From Octopus bimaculoides (taxonomy: Eukaryota): a stretch of 64,000 bases of DNA. The first letter of the stretch is position 1; every line of letters starts with the position of its first letter. A model generated the notes under the pieces. The model was not told the DNA's origin. It ran no database searches and was given only the letters and a program-made list of their open reading frames with translations. Location: the NCBI RefSeq assembly GCF_001194135.2, contig NC_068982.1:104340205-104404204 (forward strand), given 5' to 3'. Below, piece after piece: positions 14,301 through 27,277 of this stretch. The position numbers and the translations under genes are program-made.

Positions 14301-14884
14301 CAACCATTTCAATAATGTTTGTATGAATAAAATTAGTGTAGTTAGAAGATGCATTAGAATTATTGTCTATGCTAATCCAAAATGGGACAAAATTAAAGCA
14401 AATAGCTAACCACTTTAGGGGATTTCCTGAACTGGATGGGGTTAACATAACTGAGAATCAATCTGAATTACTTTTGGCAATGATGAAAACTTCTGGAAAT
14501 TTTTTTACAGTGTCATTTTATGGAGATTGTATTGACCTAAGCATTTAGAAGTAAGTTATAAGAAGTGCTGCATAATAATCAAGAGGAGAGATAAGTGGAT
14601 AGTATTAACTCATTTGTGACCATATTTCTAATAAAATACTCTGTCTAGTTATTAATATACGCTGCCAGATGAATCAACAAATGAGCTTTTACATAGTAGC
14701 AGACATGATTATAATATAAAACAGATAAACTAATCTAAATAATGCTTGTAAAAAAAGGGAGACCCAGCTCTTATTTCACATCCTCAACAGAGGGTTTTAT
14801 GAAAGTAAGACAATAGTCATCATGTATTCTCACATAAAGGTAGTGGTGAGTGGAATATAAAATAATGTGTATATCTTACTCTTC

Positions 14885-14976
<92 letters not shown>

Positions 14977-17311
14977 TATAGTTGCAATCAAGAACTAAGA
15001 GAAAAAGGTTGGAAAAGAGAATAACTTTTTCAGAAACATTTGAATTATAATAGATCCTAATTTAAGCACAACCTCACAACCCTAGTCACTTTTAGAGGAG
15101 TGGAAGGGAACTAGTGGATTGCATCTATCCCAGTACTTGACTGGTACTTTATTTTCTTGACCTCAGAGGGATGAAAGACAAAGTTGACTTCAGGAAGGGC
15201 GCCCAGCTGTAGAAACTATACCGAAGATGACATCTGAGCTCAAAGCAGCCCTGCAGCTCATCATATCCTATCAAACTGTCCAACCCATGCCAGCATGCAA
15301 AACAGACAGTGAATGATGATGATGAAAGTAGAAAAACAGAAGAAAAATACCACAAAGCAATTTTCAAACATTCTAATGATTCTGTTAATTGATGTCTTTT
15401 AAACATTTGAATTACAATCCTTTCTGCTCAAGACAAAATGCTTAAACTTTTGGGGGTGGGGAGGAGGGGCTAGTAAGTTACATCGACCCCAGTACTCAAT
15501 TGGTACTTACTTCATCTACCCCAAAGTTGATTTCAGTGGCATTTGAACTCAGGACATAAAAACTGGCAAAATGCCAGTAAGCATCTTACCCAGTGTGCTA
15601 ACGACTCTGCCAGCTCACCACCTTATGAACAGCTGAATTGTAATGGAACCTTAATTTAAGTAAAAACAGTTTAAATGCAGGGTTTGTATCAGAAAATTAG
15701 AGGCAAGTGGTAAAAGGGATTAAATTAAGTAAGTAAAGCAGTTGTTCATTGTTGAAACCCTAGAAGAGACTGGCAACCACAGCTCACCGATTTGTTTGAG
15801 ATTAGGAAATTACAGCTCACCAGTTTATTTGTGGGGAGGTCACAGGTTGGAGTAAGTCTGTGATACTGTTAAAGCAGAAGGATCTTTTGACTGCTGTTAT
15901 TGTTATCATTGAATAATTTTGCTCATCTATCCTAGGACAGATTTTAGAACATGGGGTTTTCATTTTAAGGTTTAATTTATGTGATCCTTTTTTTAATGAT
16001 AAAACAATATTTGCTGAGGGAAATTTGGTTACTACTTTGAACATTATATTAGTTTCAAATTTTGATGCAAGGCCAGTAACTTCAGGAGAGAGGGTAAGTC
16101 AATTACATTGACCCCAAGTAGTTAGCTGGTACTTATTTTATCAACCCAGAAAGGATGAAAGATAAAGTTAATCTTGGCAGAATTTCAACTCAATATTGAG
16201 CTACTGTATAAAAAGTTCATTTGTTGGCTCATATTTTGAGAACAGATCTGAATACAAACATAACTGTGTAATATTTGTAGTGTCAATCACTGTTCTTTTC
16301 AGTGTCTGTTGTTTCACAGTGCAAATTTCTCCTAGTTAGATATAACCTTAAAATAAGTACTTGTGAAGTTAAGTCAAAGAGGGTTTCACCTACACTTTCT
16401 TTCAGGCATCAGTTAACAATATAGTTCCACTCAAATGTCTTGAAATCGATTAAAATGAAACAATCTAAATTGCTTATAGTGGTTGTCGTTGTGTTAGACA
16501 TCCAGCTCTCCAATTTAAACTAGAATAAAAATAAAATAAAAAGACAACTGGCTATAAACAGCAAATAAAGTAACTTCTAATACATTTTATGCAATATTTT
16601 AGAAAATATAAATATTAACCTAATTCATTAATTTTTCTAATTAGACCTTTGTGACATTTTTTCTTACTTCTCTTATATTCAAAGGCTATTTCTTTTTAAT
16701 TGACCAAAGAAATATTTTATATTAGATATTATAATCAACAGTCGGAGACAAAAAATATTGATGGTCAACTGATAGGTATTGAACCACACATTTATCACAT
16801 CCTAAGCAACCATATAACTGATTACACAACTACAGTGCTTACCATTATCTCTCTAACATGGTAATCTGTCAAGCAATAGGGTTCAAACCCTGTTAGAAAA
16901 CTTATGGTTGTTTTCTGTGTCAATTTTGTACTTATAACGCCTAATAGTATTTATATTAAATTATATTTTTATATAGTATTTTTTATAAGGAAAAGATGTA
17001 TTTAATATAATTATATCCTACATATCAATGATAATTGTTTTATCAAGTTGAGAGGTGTAACACTCAATCAACATCCAACTGCATGTAAACTTCTGATACA
17101 CAAAACCATAAATCTATAGTTACTCTATATGTACAAATTTAACTTTAAGAAGTAACCTTTAGAAATAATATGTCTGTAACCTTTAGAAATAATGTTTTTC
17201 TTGCTAATTTCTCTTTAGAATGATACTATTTGTAGCTTTAAAAACTGTATCTTTAGCACAAAATCAAGACCATCAATAATTTGGTGTAGAAGATTATTAG
17301 ATGCTCTACAG

Positions 17312-17595
17312 CAGTGCTTCTCAAACTATCTGATGTGGCGTACTGGCAGTTTTTTTTTTTTTTTCCAATGTGCCAGGTACCGGTAATATTTCTTAGTAAC
17401 ATTTATACTGGAAACAATATATATAATGAATATAATAAAAGTTGACAATTTTTTAATCGTATTTTGTAAACAAATAATGCAATATTACATAAGCATTTTA
17501 TAATGTTTCTTTCTTTTCTGGAAATTCGCTGTGTACTGGCAGCTGATGCCTCACGGACCAGCACCATCTGTGGACCACCACTTTGAGTAGCACTG
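17312..17595. mobile_element. hAT MITE, 284 bp
   Basis: TIRs CAGTGCTTCTCAAA / TTTGAGTAGCACTG with a perfect 8-bp TSD CTCTACAG (17304-17311 and 17596-17603). Confidence 0.9.
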
Positions 17596-20500
17596 CTCTA
17601 CAGCATATTCTAATGAAGAAGTATTATGACATTGCATATACTGTATAAAGAAGATATGTCTTCCTCTTTAAATCTAAGGAATATTATAATCCAAAGCACT
17701 TGACAATCTAAAGAGACAACCTACTATAAAACATAGCTTGTACTTGTGGTATTAAACATTTTCTTTAATCACTGAAATGTTATGCGCCATTCTTAAAAAT
17801 AGATTAACCTCTTGATCAATAAACTCTCCCTTACATGAACCAGTAAGGAATCCTCTACATGGTTGTTTGACCTGCTAGAATTAACAACTAAATCTCCTTT
17901 TAATCACATGTCACTGATCTTAAGAAAAGGTCATGTTGAACAATGCAGACCTAGACACATTGCCTTATTAAAGATTTTGATTTCTGACTCAGTACCTTAT
18001 TTTGTTTTCTCTTTGACTTTTCTATTTTAATAGTCTCTACTCTCCAGATCTTGCTTACTGCACTTCAATTTCACTACATCATATTCTTAACATTTTTCTC
18101 TTTTTACATTTCTCTTTGCCTTTTGCCTTTCTTACCTTAAATTTTATTACCTCCAGTTCCTTCTTCAAAAAGTTTGTCCTGTAGATCCTGTATCCTTATA
18201 TGCATATACTAACTATAAACTTTACTAACTCACCTGCTACCATATCCTCCCATCTTTTTTTATTTATTATCTAACACTAATCCTTTACTTTCAGAATACA
18301 AGCAATACCCCTTTAACTTATAGGCAAAGATATATTTGACAATAAATGGAACCACTCAATTCTAAACTTGATGAAAACCTAAAGAAATATATATTTAGAT
18401 GTTCAGTGCAATAAGATATGATCATTACAGCATAAAACCTTCAATTTTTAATTCATCAGGATTTATATTTGGCAAATGAAAGAAAGCAAAACTTTTTTTT
18501 TATTTGGTGGAATTCTCATTGAACCTATTCACTTTTGTCTTGAAATTTGAGAAATATCATTGTAAATTGTAAATAACATTAAGAGTTCAAGTGTATCATT
18601 AATATAAAGAACATACTTTGCAAGAAAAATATTTACTTTTTATTTCTTTTAGTGGTTTCAGCCATTGAGTTGAGCCCATACTGGGGCACTCTCTTTGTTA
18701 GTTTTTAGTTGGTTATATCAACCACAGTACCTATTTCAGTGTGGCACTTATTTTATTGAACACTATTTGTCAAATTACTTAGGACATATAGGGACACAAC
18801 ATAAACAATAACACTGGTTTTCAGACTGGTGTAATTGTAAATACAGCTACAAACACACACATGTATACATATAGATGACAAGCTTCAGCAATTTACACAG
18901 ATATAGAAAGACAATATGCTGCACAAATTGTCTTGAGAGAACAAATTTTCCTGATTGTCTCTGTATGTCTGAGTGTGCACAAACATGTTAAATATGGTTG
19001 TATATAACTATATTGCAGTCAGTGTTGCTTAGTGCATCTCTAATTAATTAATTCCAGCCTGACAGAGCTTTCCACATGTCAGCAAATGTACTGTTTGCTA
19101 TTCTGACATAAGACTGACCAGCTTTTACTGGCCACGAGCAACAGCCTGGTAGATGTAGACGAAGTGTAATGATGCAGAAATGCATGCATCCTATAGTCTG
19201 GTGACCTCATTCGTAGCCTAGTAGTGTGTTTACACCCATATTATCTATAAGGAGAATTTCTTCAGTCAAGACAACTTATGCAGGTCAAAGTTGTACATAT
19301 TAGATATGACTGTATATTACTATATTTCATTCAATGTTGCTTAGTGTGCCTAATTTGTGTGTGTGAGCATGTGTAAGTATGTGTGGATGTGTGCTATAAA
19401 TGCGATAGTAATAAACATGTGTGTAAGATGCCATCAGATTGTCTAAGTTGAATCAAATTCAGAACTATGTAGTTACAAAACAAACTTCTTAACCACACAA
19501 CTGTTCCTGCATCTTTTTTCTTCTTTTTCTTTTTTTCCCTTTTTTTTTTTTTTTACATATCAAAATAAACTAGATTTAACCTGTTCTCAATACACACATC
19601 AATATCAATAATTCACATAAGGGAAACAGTTATTTAGGTCTTGGAATTTTGTTTCTATGTCAGTGACATCATGTAACAATTTAATCTTCACATTTCTGTT
19701 CTTGATATTATCTCATTAATTCATACAATGACTACACACAGATATATTGTAGAATGCTTGGAAAGTGGCTGGCAAGAACAAGTGGTGAGCCCCTAAAAAT
19801 ATATCAAATATTATTGGCTCAATATTATTGTTCTGACTATGCTTAGATTTAAGTAATTGCAAGATGATGGTAATTATATTCCATTTCAAAATATGACATG
19901 TTTTATCATCAGTACAATCATCGTTTATAATTCAAACAGATATGAAGCTTGATTAGAAGAAATATATATAAAACTAGGAAGAAAAATTGAAATACTTTTG
20001 CTTTAATTTTTATGTAATTAAATAAATTTCTACTTCAGCATATTGTTTGTAGGTCATTTATTTTATTTTTCTCTTCATCATCATCGTCGTCATCATCATC
20101 ACCACAACCACGATCATTGCTTTAACATCCACTTTTCTATGGTGGCATGTAAATAATATGGACATATTCCTATACCACTTATATGTTTTGTGGTTAAAGA
20201 ACATTGTTTTGCTGCTGCTTGACTCCAGGTTTCATCCCATCCCATGGCATGGGACCTTGAACAAGTATCCTACCATAGCTTTGGGTTTACTAATATACTC
20301 TTAGTGAAATTTGATGGACAAAAAATTATGTTCAAGGAGATACATTTTATATACATTGGTAAGAAAAACAGATAAACCTGTGCTTTCAAATATAAATACC
20401 ATTTGGTAGGTTTTCTACCTGTCATGCACTGTCACTCTTGTTGCTCTCAATGTTGTTGCTTTCACCAAGCATGGAACAGTGACTGGTATATTCAGACCTC

Positions 20501-20934
20501 ATAAGCAACAGCACTATTGTTTACAAAATACTACATAAAATAATTAAATGAATATAATGAATGTGACCCTATTACAGTATTGTTTCATAAATTTTAATTC
20601 TATGTCGTCTTATCTAAGAAGCTAATGTTTTTTTATCTTTGATCGAACCACTTCCTTACAAATTTTCTTTAGCTTAACTGCATTATGAATACCTCCTACT
20701 GTTAATTCACAGTTCTTTTATCACTCATAAAATTAATGAATGCTACACACTAAGTCCATGCCAAGTCATCACATCCACATGCATTAAGCTAATGCTTTTG
20801 ATGACCAGCTGCTTTCTTAACTCGCTTGTATTCAGTTATCTTTTTTATAAATTAATATTACACATCTAATGGATGATATACAATATTGATTTTATTTCCT
20901 TTCTATCGTGTATCTTTTTCTATTTTCTTTCCAG

Positions 20935-21031
20935 ACAAGATGTTGAATCCTGCAGACCCTGGGCACTGAGTACAACTCAACAAGTTGATTTAGCATTCAA
21001 TGTGTTTTTTATGATATATTTTTTTATTCGG
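20935..21031 (+). CDS. KCNMA1: BK/Slo1 exon, S1-S2 loop and S2 (QDVESCRPWALSTTQQVDLAFNVFFMIYFFIR)
   Basis: TTTCCAG acceptor, GTTGGT donor at 21032. 97 nt, phase 2 to 0, in frame with neighbouring exons. DLAFNVFF is the Slo1 S2 motif. Confidence 0.95.
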
Positions 21032-21655
21032 GTTGGTATAACAAAAGATTTCTCAAATTTGTTTTTTATTTTATAGAAAAAAAAAACATATACTAAAATA
21101 AAGATTATATTGGACCCAAAAAGTAAATATTAACTGAAAAAAACTTTTATTTTTCCTAGAATAAAATCCATATTTTTACAAAGATATTCTGACAATGATA
21201 TGAATATGGAGAAAATGAATTAGTAAAAATGATATATCTCTGTTGAAAAACCAGGAAATATAAATTCATGTTATTTTTATAGATTTTTATTCATACAAAT
21301 TTTATTTTGCAAAAGTAATATTGAAATAGCAAAGCAAGTAAGATATAAGCTTACAGGCTCATTACTTAGTATTTCATATCTTCAAGTATACATGTGTGTT
21401 TGGGTACATGCAAACTTAATTTTACATGCCTTGATTGTTAGAATGAATTTTTTTAACTTGCTTCAGTCATTGGATTACAACCATGCTGGGGTACCATCTT
21501 GGAAGGTTTACTCTAACAAATTGACCCCAGTACTTATTCTTTTAAAATTTGATGCTTATTTTGTCTGTCCTATTTGCTGAACTGTTAAGTCACAGGGACA
21601 CAAACAAACACCAGCTGTTAAATTGAGTGGAGACTAAGCTTTAAAAATGCACATG

Positions 21656-21689
<34 letters not shown>

Positions 21690-21711
21690 NNNNNNNNNNA
21701 AAAATATCACA

Positions 21712-21757
21712 AAAACTGCTACTCAGAGTTTCACATGTCAATTCATCAGACAGTTTT
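21712..21757 (-). ncRNA. Minimal type I hammerhead ribozyme motif
   Basis: AAAACUGU-CUGAUGA-AUUGACAUGU-GAAA-CUCUGAG-UA-GCAGUUUU. 8-bp stem I, near-palindromic stem III, GUA triplet, weak stem II. Confidence 0.65.
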
Positions 21758-24310
21758 ATTTAGAATATATATATATTAATCAAAGTGTACAGTGTTATAT
21801 ATCCATTACAGCCAATCTTACCAATCAGTTTCACACTAGGGGTTCAATGGAGTGTTAGGTAACAGTTCGATTATGTAACCCTGCACTTATCAGAGTTAAC
21901 CATTATGGAATGAAATATGATGAGCTTCCACATTGTTTCTTTGTATCAAATTCATTCACAAGGCATTGATTAACCTAGGAGTATAATAGAAGACACTTGC
22001 CCATGTTGTTATGCAATGTGGCTGAACTCAGAATCATATGCATGCAAAGCAAACTTCTTAGCCACACAACTATGTCAGCACCTATGCACTAAATCGAGAA
22101 ATGTTACATTTGATTGACAAATGTTCTCTCTATGAAAACTTTCTCATCACAAACTGAATCTGGAGCTAAACACAGACATTGTCAGCTTTTGTGATGCCCA
22201 CAGATATTGTTTTATAATATTTTAGTACTATTCTGGTAATGTTGAGACTGAGCGGGAGAATGGCTGAGAAGTTTGATTAATGATTAAGAAGTTATAAATA
22301 TTCAGATTGCCCCAATACTCTTATGTTATATCATTCAGCAAAGCACAGCATTCTGCTTGCCTAACTGATAAATATTAACCAAGTAGATTGAGAAAGTAGT
22401 TTAATATTAGAACATCTTGTAAGGCAGCAAGCTGGCAGAATCATTTGCAGCATTTTGTCCATCTTTACATTTAGTTCAAATTCTGCTACAGTTGACTTTG
22501 CCTATCCTCTTTTGGGGGTTAATAAAATAAGTACCAGTTGAGCACTGGAGTTGGTGTAATCACCTCTGAAATTGCTGGCCTTGTGCCAAAATTAATCCAT
22601 TTTAGAACATCATAAGGCAGTAAGCTGGCAGAATCATTAGTATTCTTTTATTCTTTTACTTGTTTCAGTCAATTGACTGTGGCCATGCTGGAGCACTACC
22701 TTAAAGGGTTTTAATCAAAGTAATCAACCCCAGAACTTATACTTTGTAAGCCTAATACTTATTTTATCGGTCTCTTTTACCAAACCACTACATTACAGCA
22801 TCAGTTGTCAAACAATGGCAGAGAGACAAACACAGGTACACACATATACATATGATGGCCTTCTTTCAGTTTCTGTCTACAAATCCGCTCACAAGACTTT
22901 TGTCAGCCTGAAGCTATAGTAGAATCCAGAACCATGTGGTTGGGAAGCAAGCTTCTTACAATACAGCCACACCTGTGCCTGTATGCTGGATAAAATGCTT
23001 AACAACATCTCATCTGTCTATAGGTTTTGAGTTTAAATTCTGCCTTTCATCTTTTGGGGTTGATAAAATAAGTACCAATTAAATACTGGGGCTGATGTAA
23101 TAGACTTACCCCTCTCCCAAAATTGCTGGCCTTGTGCCAAAATTTGAAACCAATATTACAACATCAAGCTCTATTAAAAAAAAAGAAAAACTTTCAAACT
23201 CATATAACATATTATGTAGTGGCATAGAAACAAAGCTTTAGTTTTATAAAGAAGAAAACATAATGTTATATGCCCCTTTCTCAAGGGGATTAGTTAAGTG
23301 CAGTGGCTACAACTGGGAATAGAAACATCAGGTGCTGAAAGTGACTTTTATCTTTTCATCATTAGCAGTATATAAGAAGTGAAATAAGAATTGACTACAG
23401 TTTTTGCATTGGATCACTTGAATTTTATCTCTTACTCAACAATAGTTGCAATTTTGAATGTAAATATATTCATAACAAAAGAAAAGAAAATATGCATGAA
23501 AGTTATATCATTATGTAAAAGACATTCTCTTTTACAACAGAAATATATAACTAGGTTTTTACTTAGACTTGAATTTGATTTTTGGCATTTTTTATACTTT
23601 CAGACTTCTAGACTAGATTGGAAAATATTTTGTTTTGCTTTTATTTAACTGTCTACAATATGCTGATACAAAAGAATATGTACAAGCATTTATATATAGA
23701 TATTGGCAATTGATAAAGAATTTTAAATAAAGCTTGAAAGATAAATATTCTACATAAAAAGTAAGACAATTTGAGACAACCAAAAAGGCAATGTCCATCA
23801 ACTGAGCTGCTTTCCAGACATGTTTTGTGATCATAGTGAATACAAGCATGCAGTATAAGTGGAAATTTAAAAGAAAATACTTTTAAAAACCTAGTAAAAT
23901 AAAATAAACATAAACTTTAGAAAAAAATAGTAATAATAATTTGTAACATTGGCATAAGACCATAAATTCCAGGGAATTGTTTATATCAGTTTTAACTGAT
24001 GCCACTACTTGTCTGGTACTTTATTTTACCTATCCCAAGGAGAAGAAAGACAAAGTCAAATACAACAGGAGAAAAATAGTTATAAATTGAAAAATCCTGA
24101 TGAAAAATGAATTCATGAGTAATGAAGGTGCTGCATCTGGAAAATAAATTGATGTTGCTAAATAATTTTGGTACACTGATTTGAAATCTACATTTAGAAT
24201 ATTCCTATCATTTCCATTTTGTGGGAAATTTAAATCTAGTTATTAAGATAAGGTCAGTGTTACTTCTTTTCACATTACAGCACAGACACCATGTGATATA
24301 TCCTATATAT

Positions 24311-24370
24311 ATAGCTCAATTGGTAGAGCATCAGACTTTTAATCTGAGGGTTGTGGATTTGTGTCTCTAA
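24311..24370 (+). pseudogene. tRNA-Lys(UUU) fragment
   Basis: ATAGCTCAATTGGTAGAGCATCAGACTTTTAATCTGAGGG matches the D and anticodon arms of metazoan tRNA-Lys(UUU). Acceptor stem absent, T arm decayed. Confidence 0.8.
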
Positions 24371-24758
24371 AGACAGAGAATTTTATAGGTGCAGGCATGG
24401 CTGTGTGGTAAGAAGCCTGCTTCCTAACCATATGCTTCTGGGTTGTCTCATTGTGTGGTGCCTTGGGCGAATATCTACTACTATAGCCTCAGGCTGATCA
24501 AATCCTTGTGAATGGGTCTGGTAAACAAAAACTGAAAGAAGCTCATCGTATGTGTGTGTGTGTGTGTATTTGTGCATGTGTATCTTTGTTTGTCTTTTAC
24601 CATCACTTGACACCTGGTGTTGGTGTGTTTACATCCCCATAACTTAGAATAAGCACTAGGCTTTAAAAAAAATAAGTACTGGAATCAATTCAGTTGACTA
24701 AAATTATTCAAGTCCATGCCTCAGCATGACCACAGTCTAATGATTGAAACAAGTAAGG

Positions 24759-24816
<58 letters not shown>

Positions 24817-25020
24817 CACAAAATAAACTAATGCTGTACCCTGACAAAATGGACCTGGTATACTTTATAAAGTGATTGGTGTTAGAGAAGGTATTTAGCT
24901 AAACAAAAAATTAAGAATTAAACCTACAGAGTTGTTTGTCCAAATAAGAACTGGCTCAGACTATAGCAACTCATCGAACCCATTATTAAATCAATACTTT
25001 AAGATTGTTTTCTATTCCAG

Positions 25021-25132
25021 TTTGTTGCTGCAAATGATAAACTATGGTTTTGGCTGGAGCTTTTCTCTTTTGTCGACTATTTTACAATTCCACCATCTTT
25101 TGTGGCCATCTACCTAGACCGAAATTGGTTAG
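25021..25132 (+). CDS. KCNMA1: BK/Slo1 exon, S2-S3 loop and S3 ([38 protein letters not shown])
   Basis: TTCCAG acceptor, GTGAGT donor at 25133. 112 nt, phase 0 to 1. Contains hallmark [11 protein letters not shown] and DYFTIPP. Not in the ORF track. Confidence 0.97.
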
Positions 25133-27125
25133 GTGAGTATTTCACTTATAATGTATTTATCAAATTCTTCACTATCAGCAAAATTATTCTACTGTTTATC
25201 TGGTTTAGATAAGACAGAAATGTATCATTTGTTTAAATTCTGTATCATTTCATCTGTGAACTGATCCAGCTCTCTTACATCTGACCCTACCACATTGATC
25301 AGGACTGATATGTGACTCTTGGGAGAATGTTGTCCTAAAACCACAGACCTGACTTGAATACTTGGAATAGAAACACCACTAAAGGCACCCAAGTGTAGAG
25401 TGGTTGTGTTTAACTAGGTGATGAATTAAGTCTACTACTCAATGATAATCTTTGCTACAATAACCCATTTTATATTACAATTCATTATTAATACAGTTAA
25501 CAATAGATCATGATTAATTGAGACATTGACCCCACAAAATCAAAATTCAGTCAAAGAAAAGCTTGAAAAGGAATGAAGACTAGCAATATTCAGCTTTCAG
25601 TAACATGAGAAAGATAATGACATTCTTCTAATGATGCTATTCTCTAAGTATTTTAATTGACACTATCCTCTATAGTATTCATTTTTGCATTTACATATAT
25701 AAAGATTTTAAACTGGAACTGATTACCAATTGAAATTCACAGACAATACCTAATCAAAGAGTTGAAGCTTAAACTTCTTGCTTAGTGGTTAATGGTGGTT
25801 GATTAAACGTACAGCTTACACAATTATGTTCCCAGTATTTTGTGTGTCTTACACAAAGTTTTAGGAATTCACTGAGAGAAATTGCATAGATAAAGAGGAA
25901 TTATGATCAGAGTTTTGCAAGATGGAAATGTTTATATATGTCATTGCATTAGAAAATGGCAGCTATGAATAATGAGTTCTTGTGTTTGGGAGGGTTGTTA
26001 TAAGTAATGTCTTATGTATGGAGCATTTCTGAATATATTTATGTTACTACACTAAATCTAAAACTGATGAACACTGCTGCTTGCTAGCTTATTTAGAGAG
26101 AGCTTTCCCTAATTGCTAAACATTGTTTCTTACATTTTACATCTAATGTGTTTATTTTTGTAGTATTAAAAGTGCTCTTTCTTGGCTAATTTGGTATTGT
26201 GGTTAAGGATGTATATAAGTATGGTTAAGGGGTGTATATAAGCAAACTATGTATATAAGCAAACTATGATAATGTTTTGAGAATTAATGACTGGAATAAA
26301 TATTGTAATCATACAACAAACTATTTATAAATCTATGTTTATAGGCACAGGCATAGCTGTGTGCTAAGAAGTTTACTTCTTAAATTCATGGTTTGAGGTT
26401 CAGTTACACTATGTAGCACCTTCGGCAAGTGTCTTCTGCTATAGCCTCAGGCTGACCAAAACCTTGTGTGTGGATTTGATAGATGGAAACTAAAAGAAGC
26501 TTGTATATAGCTATATGTGCTTGTATTTGTGTTTGTACCCCACCACTGCTTGATAACCAGTGCTGGTTTCTTTATGTCCCCATAACTTAATGGTTCAGCA
26601 AAAGAAACTGATAGAATAAGTACTAGACTTTAAAAAAATAAAAATAAGTACTGAGGTAATTTCGTTTGACTACAATTCTTTAAGGTGATGCCCCAGCATT
26701 GCTGCAGTATAATAACTGAAACAGATAAAAGATTATATAAAGCATTGTATAGAATTATTAGTTTTTAAGTGTTAAATAGGTTTAGATTTATATTTTATTG
26801 ATTTTACTATTTTTTAACATATTTTCATGATTTCCATACTTAAAATAAGCATGAAATGTGTATTTTATGCATTTTTAGGAAAAACCAAATTAATATTAAT
26901 AAAATTCTCCTCACTAGGCAATGGATTGGCAGAACCAGTACAGCAATTGACAAAATGACTTGCAATATTTAGTTGCATAGTTTTACTTTGTGTTCAAATC
27001 TTTGCTTTTGTCCTCCTGGGTCAAATACTGTATTAGATTTAATCAACTAACCATTTCTTCCAAATTTGTAAACCTTGTGCTTATGTTAGAAATAATAATT
27101 ATTATTATTTGTTTTTTGCCTGTAG

Positions 27126-27277
27126 GTCTTCGCTCCCTGAGAGCTTTACGGCTTGTGTCAATTCCCGATATTCTCCAATATCTCAATATTTTGAAAACCA
27201 GTACTATGATCCGGCTGACACAACTCGTGGCATTTTTTGTAAGCATGTGGTTGGCTGGAGCTGGTTTCTTGCACCTG
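27126..27277 (+). CDS. KCNMA1: BK/Slo1 exon, S4 voltage sensor and S5 ([51 protein letters not shown])
   Basis: TGTAG acceptor, GTGAGT donor at 27278. 152 nt, phase 1 to 0. RxxRxxR S4 pattern and PDILQYLN. Confidence 0.97.

Noticed and set aside
19880-19920. Minus-strand CTGATGA...GAAA motif
   Set aside because: Stem I does not pair beyond 2 bp, so a chance match in AT-rich DNA.
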